From assembly GCF_009914755.1 (NCBI RefSeq), contig NC_060941.1: a stretch of 64,000 nucleotides of DNA; one strand, 5' to 3'. The position numbers and the translations under genes are program-made. This document shows, piece by piece, positions 43,659 to 61,044 of this stretch. The notes beneath the pieces were generated by a model. That model made no database searches. It saw only the letters and a program-made list of their open reading frames with translations, and was not told the DNA's origin. Source of the DNA: the human T2T-CHM13v2.0 reference genome, Homo sapiens. The number at the start of each line of letters is the position of its first letter. The first letter of the stretch is position 1.

Positions 43659-44128
43659 TGGACTTCTGGGTTGGTGGGGACTTGGAGAACTTTTCTGTCT
43701 TACAAGAGGATTGTAAAATGCACCAATCAGCAATCTGTAGCTAGGATTGTAAAATGCAGCAATCAGTGCTCTGTGGCTAGCTAGAGGTTTGTAAAATGGA
43801 CCAATCAGCACTCTGTAAAATGGACCAATCAGCACTCTGTAAAATGGACCAGTCAGTGCTCTGTAAAATGGATCAATCAGAAGGATGTGGGCATGGACAA
43901 ATAAGGGAATAACAGCTGGCCACCTAGCCAGCAGCGGCAACCCACTTGGGTCCCCTTCCACACTAAGGAAGCTTTGTTCTTTTGCTCCTCCCAATAAATC
44001 TTGCTGCTGCTCACTCTTTGGGTCTGAGCCACCTTTAAGAACTGTAACATTCACCACGAAGGTCCACAGCTTCATTCTTGAAGTCAGTGAGACCACGAAC
44101 CCACCGGAAGGAACAAACTCCAGATACG
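43655..44128 (+). promoter_or_regulatory. 5' LTR (LTR12F-like), first ~15 nt missing
   Basis: ggacttctgggttggtggggacttggagaac; tandem tgtaaaatggaccaatcagcactc units; AATAAA at ~43993; ends aaactccagatacg. Confidence 0.88.
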
Positions 44129-44131
44129 TCT

Positions 44132-44149
44132 TCAGGGCTCATCCAGAAT
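44132..44149 (+). promoter_or_regulatory. Primer-binding site, tRNA-Pro-like (decayed)
   Basis: tcagggctcatccagaat matches TGGGGGCTCGTCCGGGAT at 13/18 positions; two mismatches are CpG transitions; lies 3 nt after the LTR end. Confidence 0.65.
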
Positions 44150-44158
44150 ACCACCACG

Positions 44159-44166
44159 TGGTGAGT
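44159..44166 (+). promoter_or_regulatory. Major splice donor
   Basis: tg|GTGAGT just downstream of the PBS. Confidence 0.7.
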
Positions 44167-44283
44167 ATCATCGGACCCCTTTTGCTTGCTATTCTGTCCT
44201 ATTTTTCCTTAGAATTTGGGGGCTAAACACAGGGCAACTGCTGATCAGTTAAAAGTGACTAGCGCGGCTGCTGGACTAAAGAC

Positions 44284-44640
44284 ATGGGTGTCAGGATTTC
44301 TTTGAAAGGGCTCTCTAACAACCCCTAACTCTTTGGAGTTGGGAGTGTTGGTTTGCCTGGAACCAGCTTCCACTTTTCCTGTACGTCCAGGCTGAGCCAA
44401 GGGTCAACAGAGAGGAAAGCCATTCACTTCTGGGGTCCTGACAAAAAGTTGGTTGACCCTGCATCCATAAGCGGAACTCTCAAAGTCACGTTGCCCAAGC
44501 AAGACTCACCCATCTATCCTATCTATCCTGACCCTTGTCTCCTGGGTCTTAATGCCTGTGAGACCAACTTACCCTCATCCCCCTTCTCCAAGGCTAGTCT
44601 TGCTTCTACAAACCACTCCCTGCCTCTGGTGCTTTTCTAG
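44284..44640 (+). pseudogene. Pre-gag ORF, 118 codons, one premature stop
   Basis: gacATGG; MGVRISLKGLSNNP*LFGVGSVG continues in frame into track ORF 44353-44640 (LPGTSFHF...LVLF*). Confidence 0.6.
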
Positions 44641-45438
44641 TTTCTCCTATAAGAGTGATTTCTACTATAAGTTTTGGGACTCTGTTCCATTCTTTAGGCA
44701 CCCAGAATCACCAATCAGACAGACATAATTTTTGCCCAAAGCCCCATTGTCGGGGGACTATCTGGAATTTTAGGATCCCTCCTCAGACAAGCAGGCCTAA
44801 CAAAGGCTATTCCTGAAGCTAGGATATGGGGAGCCTCAGAAATGATATCCTTCTTATTCATATGATGAGAAGTGAGGACAAAAAGCGTCACTCTTCCAAC
44901 CCTGGAGATCCCTTTCCTCCCTCAGGGTATGGACCTCCACTCCATTTTGAGGCATAACATCTTTATACGACAAGGATAAAGTCCCAATACTAACAGAAAA
45001 AAATACTAACTTTATAGGACAAGGATAAGGTCCCAATACTAACAGGAAAAATGCTTAGGACTCTAACAGATTTTTGAGAATGCATCAGTAAGGGCCACTA
45101 AATCCGATTTTCCTCAGTCCTCTTTGTGGTCTAAGAAGAAAGGCAAGGGTGCAGGTTTTTGAGAATGCATTGGAAAGGGCCACTAAATCTGAGCTTCCTT
45201 GGTCCCCTTTGTGGTCTAAGAGGAAAACTAGTGTTTCTGCTTCTGTGTCGGTGAGGGCAACTATTCTGATAAGCAGGGTCCAGGGACCATAGCAGGTTCT
45301 TGGGCAAGAGGGGATCTGTTGCTGCATCGGTGAGCACAACTATTCTGCTCAGCAGGGTCCAGGGACCATTGTGGGTTCTTGGGTGGGGCACAGGGGGGCA
45401 ACAAACAAACCAAAACCACAGGAAGTTTTTTCTTTCAG

Positions 45439-50728
<5,290 letters not shown>

Positions 50729-50780
50729 AAAAGATAAGGGAAAACCTACATAATCTTTAACACCTCTCCTTCCCCCTTTA

Positions 50781-50942
50781 ATGGAATCCATTTACTAGTT
50801 CATCATATTATTAAGCAGCATACTAATCATACTCTTTGCAATAGGACTATATACTGTAGCTCTTGCCAGGACGAAAATCCTAATCACATCAACCTTCTTT
50901 CTATCATCCTTCCTTCTGACAGCAATTTACTCCTGCCTTTAA
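50781..50942 (+). pseudogene. Small hydrophobic ORF between pol and env (53 codons, one premature stop)
   Basis: MESIY*FIILLSSILIILFAIGLYTVALARTKILITSTFFLSSFLLTAIYSCL*. Confidence 0.5.
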
Positions 50943-50955
50943 CAGACTGGATAAA

Positions 50956-51084
50956 ATGATTTTATCTTCCAAGGTACCCTCTTTCCTTTCCTACTTACTC
51001 TTTGCCTATCTATCCCTCCTGCTACCTTGGATACTCCACACAATCGCCCCTACCCTTCCACTAGCTCCTAATTACCTCTACAAG
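50956..51084 (+). pseudogene. env: env N-terminus (signal peptide), truncated
   Basis: aaaATG; MILSSKVPSFLSYLLFAYLSLLLPWILHTIAPTLPLAPNYLYK; retroviral similarity stops here. Confidence 0.75.
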
Positions 51085-51976
51085 TCTTGCAGACTTTAAA
51101 CTGTCTTATTTTTCTTATTAAACTAGAACCCATAGAGTGAACTTTTCTCAATTTGCTTATGACAGGTCATCTACTTCTGATAACTGTTCACTAATTTTGA
51201 CTTTGCCCCTATCTCACATTCCTGTTTCTTGTTTCATTTTTTTTTTTCATAACTAACTAAGGACCTATATCCTAAGTACCAAAAGAGAACAGTCCCCCTT
51301 ACATTCTAACATTCTGGCTAAGGGTGAATTAGGGCTTTACCTTTGTTGAGCCACGTTGGCAGAATATATTGAGAATCTTTGACATCTGTTTAATTCAGTA
51401 TCTGGTACATGTTAGGAGTAGACACTAAATATGAATTTATCAGATTTCCAAACATACTACCTTTGGAAAAAGTTAGTCTTGGGTCTATGAAGAAATGAAG
51501 TTGGAGATAAATAAGCCTTAGATGTGAGTTCAGGAGAGATTTTCTCACTTCTATGAGCCAGGGCTCAATATAACCTGGATTCTGAGCCAAAGAGAGTCCT
51601 AGACCAGATCAAATAGAGGTGTTAAGCCTTGGATAAACATATCAGAAAGACATAGTAAACAGGCCTAGGAAGTATTTCAGGCTCTGTACTTGTATAATAA
51701 TTCTATATGTTGTATGGCCTTTCCATTATCCAAGACTATTCAGTAAAGTGTTATTAACAGTTGCAGCCTGACTATAATGATACGCAGAAAATTAGAAAAG
51801 TACTATGCCCACGTGGGGTAAAGTGATACAAAAGGAAGCAATTTCCCCTTTCTTGAGTAGTCCTCCTTCTTCCTAGAGTAGAGAAGGGTGAAGGCAGGTG
51901 GTAGCTATCATTAACAGAGGACAGCTACATCTGAAGAAGAAAGGAAGAAAAAGAGAGAGATTTTAACTTGTACCAT

Positions 51977-52323
51977 TGATATGGTTTGACTTTGTCCCCA
52001 CTCAAATCTCATCTTGAATTGTAGCACCCATAATTCCCACATGTGGGAGGGACCAGGTGGGGGATAATTGAGTTTCCCCCCATACTGTTCTCTCAGGAGT
52101 AAATAAGTCTCACAAGATCTGATGGTTTTATAAGGGGTTTCCCCTTTCACTTGGCTCTCATTCTCTCTTGCCTGCTGCCATGTAAGACGTGTCTTTTGCC
52201 TTCCACCATGATTGTGAGGTCTCCCAGCCACGTGGAACTGTGAGTCCATTAAACCTCTTTTTCTTTATAAATTACCCAGTCTTGAGTATGCCTTTATCAG
52301 CAGCATGAAAACAGACTAATACA
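51977..52323 (+). mobile_element. THE1 (THE1B/C-like) MaLR solo LTR
   Basis: tgatatggtttgactttgtccccactcaaatctcatcttgaattgtagc...acagactaataca; TSD accat/actat. Confidence 0.93.
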
Positions 52324-53471
52324 ACTATTATAATTTGAATACAAAAAAGAACTATGATCTTATTTTGTAGTCAAAGGCAGGTGAAGTCTAGAATATTGGA
52401 GTTCATGTACTTCCTTTTCAACGTTTTCTACTGTACTACAAGTTTCTCCAGAGAAAGAATCATGACATTTTTATCTCAGTACTCCTGGTGTCAACATTAT
52501 TCTTGCCATGATATGTAAGTGTTTAAGTGTTTAATAAATGCTCATTCAGTCAATGAGAGAGAAATAAAGCAGGAAAGTTTTTAAAGGTAGTTTAATCCTT
52601 TAATTCATTTTGACATGTATTTATTATTTTCCTAAAACATGAAATATATTTTTACCAAGAACTTGAAAGTACAACTATGAATAAGGTATGATTCTTGCTA
52701 ACAACTTACAGCTTAGTGAAGGAGACATTGATGCAACTAACTCTAATATGAAACATGTGCAAACAGAACACTTTCTTATGAGTGTCAGAGGAGGCATTTT
52801 GGAGAAAATGTGGGCCTGACAGTCAAATAGGATCATGACCTCTGGAGAAGAACAGGGTATAAAAAGTGAGAGTATTTCCTAGGAATAATAATGTGGAGGC
52901 CAAGATGGGCTGACACCCCAAATCATTCATTCAATCATTCAGTCATCTATTTAACAGACGTTTACTAAATATTTAATATGTGAAGCACTCATGAAACAGA
53001 TCATTATGATGAGGAAAAGAGGTATATCAAGATATTCATTTTCTAATGAAGAATAAGAGGGGAATGCCCAGTGAAAGGAGACATTTTGGGCATTTCTAGG
53101 CTTAGACAAGGCATTCTGAGGGCTTCTATGCAGCATGTCTTCTTTCTCAGAGAACAAGAGGAGGCTACCTGCATTGGGGAAAACCAGGGAAGGTCTTGAT
53201 ATGGCATTTCCAGTGCCAGACGGCAGGGCCTGGAATGGATCATAAAGGGCCAGAACAGGGTATGGAGATCCTAAAAAGTATAGGAATGGTTTAGGGATGT
53301 ATTTGAGAAATGGTTACACTTCAGGGTAGAAAATCAAACCAAAAAAATCAAGGTGAGCAGTAAGCCAAAGGGCAGAGGTAACACTAAGCTGAGGTCTAGG
53401 AATTCAAGCCCAAAGCACTAGGTAAGGTTTAGAAGAGGTAAGTTATTAGCTGGGTTTAAAGACTGACTATA

Positions 53472-53780
<309 letters not shown>

Positions 53781-54351
53781 TCACTATAATTTATAGAGGC
53801 AATCCACACAGTTCCTCCTCCAGAAGGGCATTATGGCTTATGTTAGAGGGTGGAAGCAAAAGGGGACCAAAAAAAGGAATAGAAGGAGTTGGAGGAGTTG
53901 GTGAAAAGCTGAAATGACCATCAGTAATCTGTAAGAAAACTTCAGTTGGCTTCCATCCCTGTGTTAGAATTTCAAGGGAAGACCCATTTTCATTGGTATG
54001 ATAATGACATGAATATAGTTTGTAAATTCTGGAGTGGATAAATTTATTGTTTAAGCCAGAACCAAGATAATTATAAGGGTATTGTCCAAATAAGAGTAAG
54101 ACATAATCTCCAGAAAATGAATCTTGGATTAAAAATAGGGGAGAAAGATCATCATCTAATAATTCGTGTACACAGCAGAGATTCACTTCAAATAAACAAT
54201 GTACTAGGAGAACAGAGAAACCTTAGATGTCCAAATACATGGAAGCGGGAGAGACTTGTTCCCTGAAAATATAGAATAAAAAATGGGTCCCTGTTTCATT
54301 ACAGAAGTGTTGGCATGACTGTTGTTGCCATAAGCATTAATATCTACTCCT

Positions 54352-54656
<305 letters not shown>

Positions 54657-55688
54657 CTACTCCCAATGGTTTAGGTAAGCAAGTACCCTAAATGCTGATC
54701 CAATGACATTTTATCTTATTTTATAATTTTATCTTACAATTACCTTACTTAATACATCTTTATGCTTTTATCTCACTCACTAAATTAATGGTTTTTAATC
54801 CCCAGTGTATATTAAACAACCTGGAAATTTTTATTTTAAATAAATATTTTAGAGCTCTACCAAGAAATTGTGATTTAATTGTTCTAGGTTACACCTTGGA
54901 TGCCAGTATTTTCAAATCTCCCAGTTAATTCTAATGTGCATTCTGAGTTGCAATTTCCACAGCACATTAAAATATCATCAACTACAAAACAGGGTCCCAA
55001 TGGTTTATTTGGATTGGTAGAAAAATCTAAAGTTGAGATTCAGAATCATTGCTTATTAAAGATTACTTTGGAATGAAAGTAAAGATATTCAAAAATGTTC
55101 TAAAATATTCGTCCACGAGTATAGAAGGCTTCTGAATCAAAATATCTGAGAATAATCATTACCTGTCTTCTTCCTCAAAATCCAAAAGAAATGATGGGAG
55201 TTATAAATACATAACAGTCCAAGGAAACCGCGAAGCATCCTATTCCACATATCAAAATAATGAGGAATTTCTGGAAGATAAAAAGTAGATATGACAAAGA
55301 AACTGACACTCAGTACATGCTTGAGATGTGACTAATGAAAAAGTAAGTTTTCCCCCTTAAAACTCTGGAATAACAAATGATGAGAGGCAGCAGGAAATAG
55401 AAGCAAGAGCCAGAAGTAGAAAATTCAGCAAGTAATTAATTAAAGACTGCAAAATAGCTACTCTGTCTCTGGCTCGCAGAGCATCTGGCAACATGGGATG
55501 CTAGAAGTGCTGAAAAAGGATGGGAATAGATATTTTTCATATAAAGAGAATGTTAAAATGTACAAACTCAGTTTAAGAATAAGTGAATACCCATGTGACC
55601 ATGACTCCAGTTAAGAATAGAACATTGCTAGTACATTAAAATGCCTCTTTTGGATAACAACTTCTTTTTCCCCTAAAAGTAACTACTA

Positions 55689-56086
<398 letters not shown>

Positions 56087-56479
56087 CTACTCTTTTGTGA
56101 TTGCTTTTCTCGCTCAACTATACATTTGTAAGTTTCAAACTTGTTGATGTATGTACCTGCAATTCATTCCTTTTCACTGATAGATAATAATCTAGTTTAT
56201 AAATATACAACCATTTTTTAACCAATTCCTGTTGAAGAGTATTTAGATTGCTTCCATTTTTTTAAATTTGATGAACAGTACTGCTATAAATATTTTTGTA
56301 AAAAAGCTTGATGCACATGTGTAAACAATTCCCTTTGTTATACACATCGGAGTAATATATTCATATGCTCAACTTTCTTAGGGCATGCCAACCTATTTTC
56401 AAAATACTTGTACCAATTTACACTCCCACCAGATGTATATGTGAGATTCTGTTGCTTTGCATTTCTTGCCATCATTTGA

Positions 56480-56752
<273 letters not shown>

Positions 56753-58089
56753 TGAATCATTAAAGTTTAAAGCTTAATCTTGCGTTTATGTAAAATTATC
56801 TCATCATGGCTTTCATCTGAATTTATTTGATTACAAATGATAGAAACTTTTTGTAGTTTATAAGTCATTTGGGTTGCCTTTTTTGTGAATTTTTTTATTC
56901 AAACTTTTACCATATTGAGCTGCCCATATTTTTCTTACTTGTTTACAATATTTCATTAAGTTATTAATTCTAAAACTATTGGGCACTTTCTATGTTCCAG
57001 GCCCTGTTCTAGACACTTGAGCTACATCATTAGAACACACACAAAATACACATATCCCTAAGTAAATATTCTCTGCTCTTAGACACCTTCTAGTGTTGAA
57101 AGTGAAAGGGGAAATAGGCAATAAAAATACAAAGGTAAACTATGTTGTATTTTATAAGTTAATAAGTTCTATCAGTTAAAAAAAGAAAAAAAATTAAACA
57201 AGGTAAGGGGTGTTAGATTGCTGGTGCTGCATGGGAATGGAGCAAATTACAATGTAAAATATTATAAGAATAAGCCTTATGAAGATACATATGAGAGAGT
57301 GAGTACATGAATATGCAAAGTTGAAGGCTTCATCATCCTGGGTCCTACAGTCACTGTGCTGATTAGAGATCCCTTACTGACCTGCACTGGGTATAAAATA
57401 TGAGCAAAGAAGTTTATTTTGTCAAGCTATTGAGATCTGCAGGTTGCTCTTTACTAGGTCATCACCTGGCTCATCCTACCTGAGGCAGTTACAGTAAGAC
57501 ATGCAAATAAAAAGACTATTGTGATATTCTTGGAGCGTGGAATTCTTTAAGCAAAGGAGACAACCCAGAAATTGTAAAAGAAGGGAACAAATTTGATTAC
57601 ATAAAAACTAAAAGCTCTCTGTAGGAAACCTACCATGGAAAAAGGATAATAGATACATAATACTTTGTTGAAAAAATGATGATTTATAGACAAGGAATAG
57701 ACATCCATAATGTACAAAGAGTTCTTAAGAATAAGTAACAAATAAAAATTAATTCTAGAAACATAGACAAGGAATATGGATAAAGCATTAATATAGAAGA
57801 TCTGTGTTACATAACATAGAAGAATATTCACAATACTTTAGAAACACACACACACACATATTCCATACCTTTTTAAAAGTACACATATATAACATATAAA
57901 ATGGAAACACACACATATATGTGTGTGTGCGTGTATACATACACATACGATATATATTTTATTTGTATGTGTAAATAAAAAGTTATGGATAACATATAAT
58001 AATATATTAACTATTAGAGTTTGAGAACTTTTTTATCAACTGCAAGTTCTTTAATTTTACAAAACAGTTAAAAATGTCAGAGTATGGTT

Positions 58090-58645
58090 ATGTTTGGTAA
58101 ATTCCAGTTAGCAATCGAAAATTATGTAATTTTGGTTATACTGCCCTATAAATATCAATTAGGTCAAGTTGGCTAATTATATTGTTCACAGTCTCTTTAT
58201 GCTGATTGATCTCCCTGTTAATGTAAGTTATTGAGAGGGAAATATTAAAATCTCAAACAATTATTGCAGATTCACCTGTTCCTTTTTTGGGTTCTGTCTT
58301 CTTTTCTTTACATATTTTGAAGCTATGTTATTAAGGAAAATACATTTAAGATTTTTTTAATTATTTTTTCTTTTTTGCTGTTCTTCATGAACTGTAGATT
58401 AAAGATGGTTATATCTTCCTGTGAAAAAGAGATTTTATCATAAAATACCCTTATTTTTCTCTCATAACACTTGTTGTTTAGATGTACTTTGTCTGATACT
58501 ATTACAGTCATATCAGTATTCTTTTGCGTAGTATTTATTATACATAGCATATCTTTTCCATTTTTTTATTTTTAACCTATATGTATGTTTATTTCAAGTG
58601 TGTTCCTTGTAAACAGCGTATAGTTGGAGCTTTTAAAAAAATTTA
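58090..58645 (-). mobile_element. Old L1 ORF2 (endonuclease region) fragment
   Basis: T-rich L1 text tattgagagggaaatattaaaatctc...catattttgaagctatgttatta. Confidence 0.65.
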
Positions 58646-58648
58646 GTC

Positions 58649-58944
<296 letters not shown>

Positions 58945-58959
58945 TTTACTCAAACAGAT

Positions 58960-59760
58960 TTGACTTTGAACAAGTATGCAACATCATTGGTCAGTATGAA
59001 AATGCATTGCAAAACCATAATTAAATGCCTCCTTAAATCCAGCAAAATCGTTAAAATTTAAAAGAATGACAATAGCAAGTTTTGCAAGAATATAGATGAA
59101 CTAGAATTCTTATACATTATTAGTAGGAGTGTTAATTGGTTAATAAAGCCACTTTGGAAAATGTTTTAGCAGTATATACTACCAAACTTGAACACATGGG
59201 GCTCTAAGACACAGTAATTCTACTCCTAAGTATATACCCAACAGAAATTAGATGAGTGTATAGTCCAACATAAGACATGCACAAAGTATTCATAGCATCT
59301 TCAATAATCACAGACAAAAACTGAAAATTAACCAAATGTCTATCAATAGGAATATTGATAACTAAACTTTGGTGCACTCATGCAGTGATATACACACAGC
59401 AATATAAAAGAACTGATATGCAGGAAAACATGAATAAATCACATTGACATAATGTTGAGTGAAAAAATCTAGACAAAAAGGTGTATATACTGTTTGATTC
59501 AAATTATATAAAGTTTAATAAGAGGCAAAATTAACCTTGGATGACAGATACCAGACCATGGTTACTTCTGGGAGAGGATGATTGGTAATAAGATTGATTG
59601 GCATGAGGAAACCCTCTGATGTGCTGAAAATGTTCTGTCTTGACCTGAGTAGTGGTTTCATGGGTATATACAAATATAAAATGTCAACAATCTGTACACC
59701 TGAGATTTGTACATTCTATGTAAGCTATACCTAAATTAAAAAAAGAAAATAAAATAAATA
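58960..59760 (+). mobile_element. L1M (L1ME/MC-like) 3' end
   Basis: gccactttggaaa...gtaattctactcctaagtatatacccaacagaaat...cataatgttgagtgaaaaaa; A-rich tail. Confidence 0.75.
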
Positions 59761-60536
59761 TCCAGTTTTTCATATTTAGAAAAATCCAAAAATCAGTTTA
59801 TATGAAACCGACTTAACATACACCATTTTGGGTTTATGTTATCTTTCCATAACCTAATGTTGGTTAAAATGAGGTGCTTTCCTATAGTCCTGTTCAGCAG
59901 TGCATACATATTTTGGGTGTTACTGTTTCTAAGTTTTTGAGCTGTGAAACTGATCCTTAGTCTTCATGAAGGGTTGTGCTGAAGACACAATGAGGAGATA
60001 TGAAGGGAAACATAAAAGTGTCCAGCTCTGAATTTTATTGCTCTTTCCCCTCCAGATAAATAATTTGCCTAGATAAATGATTTATTAAGAATAATCATTT
60101 TCTTTTATGACCTTACCCAGGTATTTCTGTTGATGTTGAGATGGCTGACTAATGACATTTTTGGAAGCATTTTCATCATTCAAGAAAGTAGTGGTTATAT
60201 TCATGCTAGTGAAATGTGCTAATGTTTTCTCTTCAAAAGCACAACACATTTTGTCCCTTTGAAAAGATCAATTGAAGTTTCTTTAAAAGCTCAGCTAAAT
60301 ACACACCACCCTGTGAAAGATCACCTCTAGTAGAAAGTAGACAGCTGGAATCTCTGGGACAATTAAGTAGATGAGATGTGAGAACAGAGGTGCTGTTTTA
60401 ATGGTTTTGTGACTGATTCTAAGCTCAATGGAATTATTATGCCAACTTTTCCTCTTGTCTTGCTTTGATGTGGTAGTGGATACTTTTGAGAATGAATATT
60501 GGCAATAATCCTCCTGGCAGCATATAAGCAACTTAG

Positions 60537-61044
<508 letters not shown>

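Noticed and set aside
44161-44212. Short intron from the major donor to tttttccttag
   Set aside because: About 52 nt is too short for a typical human intron; the acceptor at 45438 is the better partner.
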